Shown piece by piece: positions 51,255 through 64,000 of a stretch of 64,000 nucleotides of DNA. Each line of letters starts with the position of its first letter. Positions within the stretch are counted from its first letter, which is position 1. The position numbers were made by a program, and so were the translations under genes. Source of the DNA: Squalus acanthias (lineage: Eukaryota); NCBI GenBank assembly GCA_030390025.1, contig CM059430.1, forward strand, positions 73,408,001-73,472,000, given 5' to 3'. Under the pieces are notes generated by a model, which made no database searches, was not told where the DNA came from, and was given only the letters and a program-made list of their open reading frames with translations.

Positions 51255-54200
51255 GAACATAGGAAATAGGAGCAGCAGTAGGCCATTCGGCTCCTGGAGC
51301 ATCCTCCGCCATTCAATAAGATCATGGCTGATCTGATCTTGGCCTCAACTGCAAATTCTTGCCTGCTCCCATAACCCTTGAATCCCCCGTTTTTCAAATA
51401 TCTGTCTATCTCCGTCTTGAATATATTCAAAGACTCAGCCTCCACAGCTCTCTGGTGTAGAGAATTCCAAAGATTCACGACCCTCTGAGAGTAGAAATTA
51501 CTCTTCATCTCCGTTTTAAATGGGCGAACCTTTTTTCTGAAACTATTCCCCTCGTTCTAGATTCCTCCACGAGGGGAAACTTTCTCACAGCATGCAACCT
51601 GCCATGCCCCCTCAGATTCTTATAGGTTTCAATAAGATGATCTCATTCATCTAAATTCGAATGAGTATAGTCCCAACCTGCTGAACCTTTCCTCATAAGA
51701 CAACCCCATCAACTCAGGAATCATCCCAGTGAACCTTCTCTGAACTGTCTCCAATGCAAGTATATCCTTCCTTGAATAAGTAGACCAAAACTGTATGTAG
51801 TACTCCAGGTGTGGTCTCAACAACGCCTTGTACAAGTGCAGCAAGAATGTCCCACTTTTATACTCCATCCCCCTTGCAATAAAGGCCAACATTCCAATTG
51901 CCTTCCCAATTATTTGCTGTACCGGCATGCTAACTTTTTGTGTTTCATATACGAGGACACCCAGATTCCTCTGTACCGCAGCATTCTGTAGTCTTTCACC
52001 GTTAAAATTATATTTTGTTTGTTATTCTTCCTACCAAAGTGGATAACCTCACATCTTCCCACAATACACTCCATCTGCCAGATTTTTGCCCACTCACTTA
52101 ACCTATCTATATCCCTTTGCAGACTCTTTGTGTCCTCCTCACAACTAGCTTTCCCACCTATCTTTGAATAATCAGCAAAATTGGCAACAGTACGCTCGGT
52201 CCATTCATCCATGTCATTAATACAGAGTGTAAATAGCTAAGACCCCAGCACTGATCCCTGTGGTACAACACTAGTTACAGTTTGCCGACCTCAAAATGAC
52301 CCATTTATCCCGACACTCTGCTTTCTGTTAGTTGGCCATTGCTCTATCCATTTAAATATATTACCCCCATTACCGTGAGACCTTATCTTGTGCAGTAACA
52401 TTTTATGTGACGCCTTATCGAATGCCTTCTGGAAATCCAAATACACTACTTCTACTGGTACCCCTTCATCTCCCCCTGCTCGTTACATCCTCAAAGAAAT
52501 CTAGTACGTTTGGCAAAAAAGATTTTCCTTTCATAAAACCATTTGACTGCTTGATGGTATTATGATTTTCTAAATGTACTGCTACTACTTCCATAATAAT
52601 GGATTACAGCATTTTTCCAAAGACAGATGTTAGGCTTACTGGCCTATAGTTTCCTGCGTTCTGTCTCCCTCCTTTCTTGAATAGAGGCGTTACATTTGCG
52701 GTTTTTCAATCCTTTGGGACCTTTCCAGAATCCAGGGAATTTTGGTAGATTACAACCAATGCATCCACTATCTCTGCAGCCACTTTGTTCAAGAACCTAG
52801 GATTCAGGCCATCCGGTCCAGGGGTCTTGTCGGACTTTAGTCCCATTAATTTGACTAGTACTTTTTCACTAGTGTTAGTCATTGTTTTAAGTTCCTCCTT
52901 CATTTTTGCCCGTGGATTATGTACTTTATTGGGATGCTTTTAGTGTCTTCTACTGTGAAGACAGATACAAAATATATGTTCAATGTCTCTGCCACTTCCC
53001 TGTTTCCAATTATTAATTCCCCAGTCTCATGCTCTAAGGGACCAACGTTTACTTTAGCTACTCTCTTACTTTTATATACCTGCAGAAGCTCTAACTGTAT
53101 ATTTTAATAATTCTTGCTAGTTTAATCTCATAAACTATCTTCATCCTCTTTATTTCTTTTTAGTCATACTTCGCAGTTTTCTAAAGATTTCCCAATCCTC
53201 TGGTATACCACTAGTCTTTGCAACATTGTATGCCTTTTCTTTCAATTTGATACCATTCTTAACTTCCTTAGTTAGCCACGGCTGGTTCATCCTTCTCGTA
53301 GAGTCTTTCCATCTCACTGCAATATACCTTTGCTGAGAGTTATAAAATATGCCCTCAAATGTCTGCCACTGCTTATCTACCGTCTTACACTTTAACATTT
53401 TTCCCAGTCCATTTTCGCCAACTCTGTCATCATACCTTTGTAATTGCCTTTATTTAAGTTTAACACACTATTTTCAGACCCAATCTTCTCACCCTCAAAC
53501 TGAATGGGAAATTCTATCATGCTATGATCACTCTTCCCTAGAGGATCCTTTACTATGTGATCATTAATTAATCCTGCCTCATTACACATTAGCAGATCTA
53601 AAATACCCTGCTACCTGGATGTTTCCCCTCCACAACGTATTGTTCTAATAAACCATCCTGAATATACGCTATCAACTTGTACTCAGGTCTAGCTTTGCCA
53701 ATTTGATAGTCTATATGCAGTTTGAAAGCGCCCATGATTTTGCAGTGCCTTTCTTACAAGCCCCCATTTTGTCTTGATTTATACTCTGCCCTATTGTGTA
53801 GCTAATGTTAGGGGACCTGTAGAGTACTCCCATCAGTGGCTTCTTTCCCTTACTATTTCTTATTTACATTCAAACTGATTCTCCATTTTGATCTTCCGAG
53901 CAAATATAATTTCTCACTACTGTACTGATGTCATCATTTATTAACAGAGCTAATCCACTTCCTTTTCCTTGCTGTCTATTCTTCCGAAATGTTAAATACC
54001 CCTGAATATTTAGTTCCCAGCTTTGGTCTCCTTGCAACCACGTTTCTGTAATGGCTTTCAGATCATACTCATTTATACATATTTCTGCCGTCAATTCATC
54101 TATCTTGTTACAAATGCTGCGAGCATTCAGATAAAGAACCTTGAATGTTTTAAAATTTTCCCCCTACACTTAACCAATTTGCCAGTAAAATCTTATGTTT

Positions 54201-54350
54201 GTACATTCTGTCCATTCCTGTCAGACTCTGGTTATCATTACCCCATTCACTATCCTGCATTATTATCTTGTCCTTTCTCTTTAACTTTGTAAAGTTCCCC
54301 CACCTGAATCCTCCCCCTACTATTTAGTGTAAAGCCCTCTCTACAGCCCT
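51255..54350 (-). mobile_element. CR1 copy (APE+RT, decayed)
   Basis: AITETWLQGD, LGKSDH, KTPGPDG, LLRPHLEY motifs. Confidence 0.92.
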
Positions 54351-55882
54351 AATTATTCGACGAATGGTTTCCTTCTGTTCTGTTTGTTTAAATGATTCTA
54401 TGTAATTATGTGATAAGTTGTTAAAGACCACACGAAGTATCTAACTGAAGTATATGTCGCGTATGCCATACCAGTGTGCAATAGCGGAGCTTGACAGCTG
54501 TTTCAGCAGGGGAATTTTTTACACATTTGGATTGATTTAATTAATTGCGCCCAGCGATTGCTTTTTGAACGAACGATATACAGGTTAGCGGTAGGGAAGA
54601 TATCTCATTCAGATCAAAATTGCGATCAAGCTGTGCTACACACGGAGACCTGGGAGTGTGAAAATATCAGGTTTTTTCTCTCATTGGTGCCGAAGTCAAC
54701 TTTCTCAACTCGGCATTAATAAGGCAATAATAGCTTCAAAATGGGGTTGGTAATCTTACCGCCGTTATAAACAGACTGGCTGGGCAGAGCTCCTGCCTAC
54801 TCAGGTGCTAGGTCCTTTTAAGATGCAAATCGTAGTCGTATATGTGCAGAGGACCCTTATTGCCATTTTAGGACCTAACAGTGTGGAGCTTGTGCCCTGC
54901 ACTCGCCAACCACTTTTACTGGCTAAACGGCAAACGTTTCTCCAAAAAGGCCGGTTGCTCCTCCTCGGTCTATAAAAAACAATCTATGACGCTGCTCTTC
55001 AAGTTTTCCGCTTTCAGAATCGCAACCTCCACTCCAGGACTTAAATTGCTGCGCTGGGTATTTTCCGCCTACCCCTCTGATAATACACCATCCTGAATCC
55101 GGTCGAAATGCATCGACATGTCCCTCTAGGTCGAGCAAAGCGCCGCTTCTATTAAAATGAAGCCAAAGCATCAAAATGGTTCAGGGTTTTGTCCTGCCGG
55201 ATTGGGCCCTCCGCTGACACAAAGGTTAAACATTACCCCAAAGATTGCGCAAGCGAATATGCAGTTAATTGTTGTTGGAAACAGTTGGGGAAGGCAATGG
55301 GTAACGTTTTACTCAGTGCACGCCTGTCAGTTCAGTGTTTAAGACTCGCAAAATTATGTTAGACACACATCGGGGCAAAGGTAATATAGTATTTTATCTT
55401 AACCATAGATAAAATGGAAATTTCACTGTGAATATACTATCCTATTCCGTCATTATTTTACAAAAATAAAAGCGGTTGTCGGTTTCCAATCGGATTAATC
55501 TCCCTAATTGCTGATCAGTCCACATTTTGGAATATGAGAGAGATGCTGTTTGGACACACGAACGATAAGAGAATCGATGGGGGTGAAAGTTGTAAAACTG
55601 TTGAAGTGTTACGATGCAATTGCGTTGTGGTGCAAGACGAATTTCACGCTATAATTCTAAAACAACGGGGAGTAAATTGGTCTGGGGTGTACTCTTACTG
55701 TTCAAGAATAGCAGGCTGTTACAACTGAGACAATCATTATATACGCTGCAGATTGGGCGGCTACAAGCAATGTACGAAAAAAAAATGCTTCAAACACACA
55801 TTGGTTTAAAAATATATTAAATTGTGTTACACATATATGATGCAGGAAATAGTGTTACATTTAGATATGGAATTATCAATAC

Positions 55883-56091
55883 CTCCGCGTGCACTTCGTT
55901 CGTTTTCATCTGCTTGGGGTTTGAACGCTTCTCGGGGTCAGTAAACTTCACAGTTGCATAGGTGAGTTGTTCATCTGTGACGCCTTCCTGAACCTGCAAC
56001 TCTACTTGCACAATGTTCATTATATTATAGGACAGATTGAGATCGGTTGTAGAATTTAAATTGAATCGTGATACTTGCCGGGGTTCCATTT
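55883..56091 (-). CDS. Gene B exon: cytoplasmic exon 1 with ITIM LTYATV
   Basis: Open frame ...VTDEQLTYATVKFTDPEK...EVHAE. Phase-1 acceptor aattttag|AA at 56091 fits the TM exon; alternative acceptors would start the exon at 56004 or 55993. Phase-0 donor GAG|gtattg, or read-through to the stop at 55817. Boundaries uncertain. Confidence 0.68.
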
Positions 56092-56779
56092 CTAAAATTC
56101 AATAGTGTTTTATTTAATTGCTGTTCATAAATAGTGTTTATATATATTTTTACTTTGATACCCGCTCATCGATGTAACTTACACTTATTCTCAATGCAGA
56201 ATTGCTAATGACCCCCAACTAGAATGTTATATTTGTATTGGTAGCATAATTTAATTCAAAAATGCACATCTCTCCGTAGTGCCCGTATGTCTTTGACTAT
56301 TCATTAAAAGGTCACGTTAACTCGCTCCCAGTTAGGTGCATTGTTCGTCTTATTATGAAAAAACAGTAGAAGTTTTACTCTTTTGGACTTCTTCATGTAG
56401 ATTATTTTCTCTTTCGCGAATTTCATTTTCAACGGTATAACAGGAGGATTATACATCCGCACAGGAAAACCCTCATTGGCCTCCCTGATTCTGTAACCTC
56501 CTCCAACGTTGCAGCCTCTGAGAACTCTGTCTTTCTCCAACTCTGCCTTATTTTGCATCCCGTATTCATTGACCACATGGCTGACATCTGTGCCGTTAGC
56601 CCATTAACCCTAAGCTCTGGAATTCACTCATTTATCAATCGGCTTCTGCACCACCCTTTGCTCTTTTAAACCTATCCTAGAACTCGCCTCTTTGATCAAG
56701 GTTTTGGGAAGCTCTCTTATTAACGCCAACTTTTGCACCATGTCAATTCTTGACAGGCTAAGCTCCTTTGAATCAAAGA

Positions 56780-58610
56780 AACAAAGATTCATGATGCACA
56801 GGATGAGGACAGTCTGTCCATCGTGCTGGCTTTTGGTAGAGCTATTAATTTAGTTCTACTCCCACCCTCTTTCCCAATAGCCCTGTTATATTTTTCCCTT
56901 CAACTGTTTGTCCAATTCCCTTTTGAAAGTTTCTGTTGAATTTGATTCCACCACCCAATCAGTCAGTAGATTACAGATCACAACTCGCTTGTTTCCTCAT
57001 GGCGCCTCTGTTTCATTTGCCTATCACCATAAATATATGCACTCTGATTACCGACCCTTCTGCCACTGGAAACAGTTTCTGCTTATTTACTGTATCAAAA
57101 CCATTCCTGACATTGAACAGCTCTATCAAACCTCCTCTTTATCTTCTCTGCTTCAATGAGAACAACCACGCTTGTGCAGCTTCTCTAAGGCATGGATATC
57201 TTTGCTAAAGTGTGCTGCCCAGAATTGAAAACAATACTCAGGCTGAGGCCTAACCAGTGTTTCATACAACTTCCTCGCTTTTCTAATCTATGCCTTCTCA
57301 ACTTATGTTGGCACCTTCAACTATTTGTCTACAAGCACGCTAGGTCTCCATGCTCCTGTAACCATTTAAAATGTATGATTTATTGTACACTGCCTCTCCG
57401 CATTCTTTGTACCAAAATGTATCACTTAACACTTCTCTGCATGACATTTCATCTACCATGTGTCTGCCCATTTCAATAGCCTTCGTATCTGTTCACGAAA
57501 GCGGTTACTATTGTTATCTTTGTTTGTTACATTTCGGAGCTTCCTGTCATCTGCAAACTTTGAAATTATGGCCTGTTTGCAATGTCCAGGTCATTTATAT
57601 ATTTCAAAAAAAGCAGTTGTCCTTAAAACCGACGCCTGGGGAACACCGTTTTATTTTTCCCTCTGCAACACTACCCTCTGCATTCTGTCCCTTGGCCAGT
57701 TTTGTATCCACATGGCCATTGTCCCTTGAATTACATGGGCGTTAAATTTGCTAACAAGTCTAGTATGTGTTACTTTGTCAAATGCCTTTTGAAAGTACAT
57801 ATACACAACATCAACCACACAACCCTCATCAACGCTTTCTATCACTTCAACAAAGAAATCGATAGAACTCGTTAAAAACGATTTCCCTTTAACAAATCTG
57901 TGATGATTTTTATTAGCCAATACATTTTTTAATGCCAATTCAGTTCGTCCGGGATTACAGTCTCTAAAAGTTTCCCCACCATAGATGTTAGGCTAACTGG
58001 CCTGTAATATCAGGGTTTATAACTCTCCCCTTTTTTAGGCAGCTGTGTAACGTTTGCAATCCTCCTGTACTCTGGCACCACCCCACCTCTAAGGAGAATT
58101 TGGAGATTGTGGCCAAAGCCTTGGCAATTTCCACCCTGACTAGAATGTCTCCCATCCGGACCCGGTGAATTTTCAACTTTGATGACTGGCCAACTTTTAA
58201 GTATCTTCTGTTTATGTATTTTAATCCTCCCCAATATCGCTGCTACTTTCTCCGTTCGTGCTACATTGCAGCATTCTCTTCTCCAGTGAAGAGACCTTAA
58301 ATTTCTAATGTTATACCTCAGTCATGCCCTCTGACTGCACAGGATTTTTTCCTTTTTGGATCCTCATCGGTCTCACCCTTCTGCTGACTTAACTGTTACT
58401 ACTGATATATTTATAAACTGCATTTGTGTTCACTTTTAATTTAGCCGCTAATGTATTCATATTGTCTGTTTTTTAGATATCCTCTACCCTCATCAACCCT
58501 TTCCGTTTCTTCATCAAATAACTCAGTCAAGTTAATCGGATACGATTTGCCTTTAAGAAATCAGTGCTGACTTTCATTTATTAGCCCATACTTTTCAAAA
58601 AGCCAATGAA
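56780..58610 (-). mobile_element. Older CR1 fragment(s) in a gene B intron
   Basis: SPGPDGRH and VDVVYMYFQKAFDKV. Confidence 0.82.
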
Positions 58611-59781
58611 GCTTCTTGATATGTCTTTTCATCATCAAAATAATTACATCAATTCAAATTGTTGCTGCACGCGTGGGCTGCATCTTGAAATGATTCAGCG
58701 GAAAATGTTGGCTTGGTGAAGCCAAACGGTGGAGGAATGTTTTAACATGAAGCCAGAATAGATTACCTAGAGACACAGTGGAGGCCATAATTGTCAGTAA
58801 TTCTGAAAAGAAGACGGGTAGCTTTCCTCGTAAGATGTCTTGACGCATTACCATGATTTCCGCCATTGTTCTCCTGATATCTAGCGGCAATTTTGGAAGG
58901 AATCTGCTAGAATCCCACAGAAATAGACGAGTTAGTTAAAACCCGCTATTGACGTGTTTTTCTGGGGAATTTGCCAATCTTGCACTGAACGTACAGGGCA
59001 TGGGTAATATATCGAAGTATTTCAGGTTCTACAGGGGCATGGTCAACCGAGGAACAGCAAGAACTACCGAGAACACGGCTGCAGCTGCTCGAGATTCCTA
59101 AACACCTATTAAGGGACAAGAATATTCTTTTGCCCCACAAGAAGGTCAGGGCACTTGAGTCCACTCAGGTGCTGAAATATAGCAGACTCCTTCGGCGCGA
59201 GATTTATTGAACACCTAAGGAAATGGCGTAAATGGCAAGAAGCAGCTGTTAACTCAGATTCTCAAGTTCTTGGGCAAAAGGAAGCATAATCAAGCAGAAA
59301 TTCTCCCCCCAAGTAGCTGTCAGTTTGTATTCGAGAGTTGTACGTCTTTTAAGGGCGATTAGTAAATTGGGAGGAGAAATTCGAATGAGTTCTCCCGACC
59401 CTCCACATAATAATTGCAGCACCTCCCAAGGAAAATGGCATAAACAGCAATTTTGAGCCAGTTATGCTCTTTCTCTGTTTGTTAATTCAGATGCCCACTG
59501 AAGTTATGTCGAGGGACTGACATGATTTCCATGAAATTTCATAGCCCATCTGTCCAAGGTGAGTTACAGTAAAACATTCCGCAAAATTTATCTCCTTCTC
59601 CAAAAGCCACATTAGCCGGATGCATAAATTGTCTGATTTACAGAAGAATCAGCAACTTTTCTTTAATCTGATCGAATCTGTTTATCTTCAAAGGTGCAAC
59701 TTTTTTCTTCCGTTTATTGTTGATTTAATATTTTGCAGATGCAACAAATCATGATTACAATAAAGAAGATTTGAATAATAC

Positions 59782-59895
59782 CTCTAAATCTAGGCAATTT
59801 AAACAGTTTAAATTTAATGACCACAGATAGTAGAATTATCAGTCCAATTCCGAGACAGAGAAACATGTACAAGAGTGGAAAGCCACTGTCGATAT
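59782..59895 (-). CDS. Gene B exon: transmembrane segment (DIDSGFPLLYMFLCLGIGLIILLSVVIKFKLFKLPRFR)
   Basis: Acceptor tttattttgcag|AT, donor AGAG|gtatt, 114 bp, phase 1-1. About 20 uncharged hydrophobic residues followed by a basic stop-transfer stretch. Confidence 0.82.
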
Positions 59896-60112
59896 CTGCA
59901 AAATAAACAGAACTGTCACTCAAAACCTAACCGATCAGTAACAATTATAGTATTAATGATACACGACTCGGATAATGAAAACTCTTACTCTGATGGGAAA
60001 GGAAATATAAGATTTATACCGCAATAAAATATATTAAACATAACTGTCTGCGGGGTTCTCCCTTGATCTCGCCATAAGATTAGCAGGAGGCCAGTGGAAC
60101 ACCCACAAAAAT

Positions 60113-61545
60113 CATAGAATCTTAGAAATTTACAGCACAGAAGGAGGCCATTCGACCCATCCTGTCCGTGCCGGTCGACAAAGAGCTATCCAGCCTAATC
60201 CCACTTTCCAGCACTTGGTCCGTAGCATTGTATTTTACAGCACATCAAGTGCATATCAAAGTAATTTTTAATTGTGATGAGGGTTTCTGACTCTACCAAC
60301 CTTTCAGGCAGTGACTTTCAGATCACCTCCACTCTCAGAGTGAAGACATTTCTCCTGGAATCCCATCTAAACCTCCTACCAATTACTTTAAATCTATGCC
60401 CCGTGGTAATCGACCCCTCTGCTAAGGGAAATAGGTCCTTCTTATACATTGTATCCTGGCCCCCCATAATTTTATACACCTCAATTAGTTCTCCCCTCAG
60501 CCTCCTCTGTTCCAAAGAATACAACCCCAGCCTATCCAATCATTCCTCATAGCTAACATTCCCCAGCCCAGGCAACATCCTCGTAAATCCCCTCTGCACC
60601 CTCTCTGGTGCAATCACATCCTTCCTGTAATTTGGTGAACAGAAATGCACGCAGTATTCTAGCTGCGTCCTAACTAGTGGTTTATACAATTCAAGCATAA
60701 CCTCTTTGCTATTATATCCAATGCCTCGCCTAATAAAGGCAAGTATTCCGTATGCCTTCTTAACCACTTTATCTACCTGACCTGCTATCTTCAGGGATCG
60801 GTGGACATGCACTCGAAGGTCGCTCTGATCCTCTGCACTTCTCAGACTCCTTCCATTTATTGTGCATTGCCTTGCCTTGTCAGTCCTCCTCAAATGCATT
60901 ACCTCACACTTCTCCGGATTGAATTCCATTTGCCAATGTTCTGCCGACTTGACGATTCCATTGATATCTTCCTGCAGTCTACAGCTTTCTTCTTCATTAT
61001 CAACCACACAGCCAATTTTTTGATCATCTGCAAACATCTTAATCATGCTTCGTACATTCAAGTCCAAATCATTGATATATACCACAATAATTAAAAAACC
61101 CTCTACGGAGCCCTGTAGAACACCACTGCAAACAGCCTTTCAGTCACAAAAACATCCTTCGACCATTATCCTTTGTTTCCTGCCTCTGAGCCAATTTTGG
61201 ATCAAACTTGCCATTTTGCCTTGGATCCCATGGGCTTTTACTTTCGTGACCAGTCTGCAATGCGGGATCTTATCAAAAGCCTTGCTAAAATTCATATAGA
61301 CTACATCAAACGTACAGCCCTCATCGACCCTCCTTGTTACCTCCTCAAAAAATTCAATCAAGTTAGCCAGACACTAACTTCCCTGAACAAATCCATGCTG
61401 ACTGTCCCTGATTGAACCATTCCTCAGAAATGTTTCCAATACTTTTTCCACCACCGAGGTTAGACTGACTGGCCTTTAGTTACTCAATCTATTCCTTTGT
61501 CCCTTTTTAATGAACATCACCACGTTAGCAATCCTCCAGTCCGGC
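60113..61545 (-). mobile_element. CR1 5'-truncated copy in a gene B intron
   Basis: [34 protein letters not shown]; tail at 60113. Confidence 0.92.
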
Positions 61546-63589
61546 AGAAATGGCAGCATCCCAAGGAAAAAAATAGTTTAAATATCCATTTTTAATTCTC
61601 TACATTATTTCTCTAAAGTTTCTTTGATCTCAAGTCCGAACTGATGGTACTAAACAGTGGAGCCCAATGAAATTGCAGTTCCATGATCTCTACACAACCT
61701 GTGTCAATTGTCTTTGTTTGAATGTTTCTCTCGCTCTCTCTGCTATTCTACTTCTGTGTCCTTTTATATCCCCTTTTGTTGTCTGTCCTTAAGATACTTT
61801 TGCTCTCTCTCGGCACTCTTCTGCATCCTTCTCTGCATATATGCTCTATCACTTGCTGTCAAATGTGATGGGTGGCACAGTGTTTTTTGAACGAGAACAT
61901 TATTGACTAGTGTTTGAAGGGTGCACATTGGATGACTTTACAGGGACACTCTGGCCCTTACTGGCTCCTTTCCCAGCCTCAAAACAATTATTCATCCCCA
62001 CACATTTTACTTCGCTAGCTTCTCCCAAGTGTTCGTTTTTCAACCGAAACCTTCCCTTTATATCACTCCTCACTCAGATCCAAACACCCTGCCTCTTCCT
62101 TATTGAAATATCCATTCAGCCACTAAGTAATCATGTCCACTTGCTCCCATTACATGTAACCTGACATGCTTTTCAGCTGCTCTGCACTCCAATTCAATCC
62201 TGCTGGCTATCGGGTGAGCGGTCTAAGGCAACCTTAAACTTTGCTAGTTTCCTCCCTCCGACTATTGTAATTCTTTTCTATTCCTTTCCTTCGATGATGC
62301 TGTATTTGGTTTGAAAAGTGAAAATACTTTTGAAATAAGCCACGTCAGCATAAGCGAAGTCAAAAAATGACAGCTCTCTCTAACTATGTCTCTGGCCCTA
62401 ATTTTGACTTTTATCTCTGTGCGAAACATGGGCAAATGCGAATCGGTCGACCGTTTTCACCTCAATCGATTTTGTGCTGATTTGCTATCACCCATTTTTA
62501 GCTGTGCGAGTAGATATAAAATTACCCACTCTGTCTCTGATGTCGCACATTTTAGCATGTAGAAATTCTGTCTCACATCTGTGATAAATTAGCATTTATA
62601 CTTTATAAATGTCAAGCAAGCATAATTCACAGTTAGCATTAGTGTGACTCGAAGTTCAAAGGGTTATTCTTTTGAAAATGAAATTCATATTAACCTGAAG
62701 AATTACTCTCTTCTGTCCCTCGGTTATACCACTCTCTCCTGTGTACCTTTCTCTCTCTCAATCTCTGACATAAGCCTTTCTCTCTCATGCACTGTTCCTC
62801 AGTTTAATAAACTTTCAAAACATAATGGACCATTTTAAACCAAACACTAATATCGTTGTGTAATATTTTTTGTAATATCCCACTTCGCTCTCTCGCTCGC
62901 TCACACACATATAAACACACGCGTGGTCGAATCAAGTCAATCGCTTTTTAAACACTTAATATAAACTTTTCAATAATGAATATTCCAACATTATTCCTTT
63001 TTCTGGATGAATCAACAACTGATTAAATGCTGCAGAAAGACGGCACACGCTCAGAAAGCATGGCCTGAAGTCAGCTCAGAGAGCGACATTTCATGGCAAA
63101 ATATCAATTCAAATCTTTTTTTTCTGTGACTGGCTGAAGAATTCAAGTAATAGCTTAATGAAGGCAATCAGAGATGGATAGGCAACTCAATTAATACTTC
63201 TCATCATGCTTTAGTGAAATATCTGATTTTGAATTTGAATATTGTATAATCCGTTAACTTGACTTTAGACATTTTATTCGCTGCACTACAAATGGAAGAT
63301 CAACATTTTTCAGCTTAAAAAACTGACAGATAAATTTGAGTGATTGCTCGGGAAAGCTATTTCCTCATCAAATCGTGCCATTACAGGGTCAGGTTTAAAA
63401 AGTAATTGTGTACAGCTTATTCCATTCGTCCGCCATAACTTCTGCGGAAGAGCCGTGAAATTCAGTATTTCCTGGATTTCCTCGGCTATTCCCACGAAGA
63501 TATGGCGGACGAGTGGTTGAGCCCGGCTGAAACTCATGCCATTGTAAATGTGCAGCGAGCATCGCGTAATGTTAATCGGTGACAAAAAT

Positions 63590-63998
63590 ATGACATCAAT
63601 AAGAAAGGGTTTTGTCAGACAGGAAGTGAACAGACATGAGAGGAGTTGATTTCCGCGGGAGCTGCCCCAACCACCGCATCAACCGCTCTTACATCGGTGG
63701 GTAATTAGCTTAATCCGGGGAGAAACTCAGAATCAAGCTTTTTCAGCCCTCTTCATCCGTCTTTGCACAAAATGTTCCACTGATCTCCCACCGATGTTTG
63801 GACACCAGAAAAGGACAATCTCTCATAAATCCCTGGTGAACAGTTTTAGTAAATATATTCATATAAACGACTGAAGTCACTGAACAATTAAATGTTGAAC
63901 AGTTGTTCACCGATGACTGTTCGTCAGAACTTCTAATTACGTGAAGTGATTCATTTTTATCGTTGCTATTTGTATCAGTGACGCTGAAATACATCAGG
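63590..63998. repeat. Diverged copy of 303-718 (probable paralogous intron)
   Basis: Same colinear blocks in the same orientation, offset about 63.3 kb. Confidence 0.8.
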
Positions 63999-64000
63999 CG

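Noticed and set aside
56183-56218. Possible 36-bp micro-exon (LGVISNSALRIS) with a gtaagt donor
   Set aside because: Open as phase 0-0, which does not fit the phase-1 TM donor; in phase 1 it has a stop.

Overview
Vertebrate genomic DNA, very likely from a cartilaginous fish (inferred from HE1-type V-SINEs and the CR1 families present). Most of the window is decayed retroelements (CR1, L2, Penelope, SINEs) plus Harbinger-like MITEs. Between them, on the minus strand, lie exons of what appear to be two tandem paralogous immunoglobulin-superfamily receptor genes. Gene A (left) shows leader (7966-8032), a germline-joined VJ-type domain (7462-7782) and a C1-set domain (2128-2433), and runs off the left edge. 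Gene B (right) enters from the right edge and shows a transmembrane exon (59782-59895) and two related ITIM-bearing cytoplasmic exons (55883-56091, 49268-49459). Diverged homology between the two window ends (303-718 vs 63590-63998) links the halves into an inferred composite model: leader-VJ-C1-TM-ITIM tail. This would be a non-rearranging, antigen-receptor-like (SIRP/NITR/B7-H6-like) inhibitory receptor cluster with a repeat unit of about 63 kb. Other notable signals: the V domain lacks the B-strand cysteine, a Harbinger Myb/SANT relic sits among hairpin-rich MITEs with 3-bp ANT target duplications, a Penelope end carries a hammerhead-like motif, and one LINE holds a three-level nested insertion. 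All calls were made by eye; repeat boundaries are approximate.
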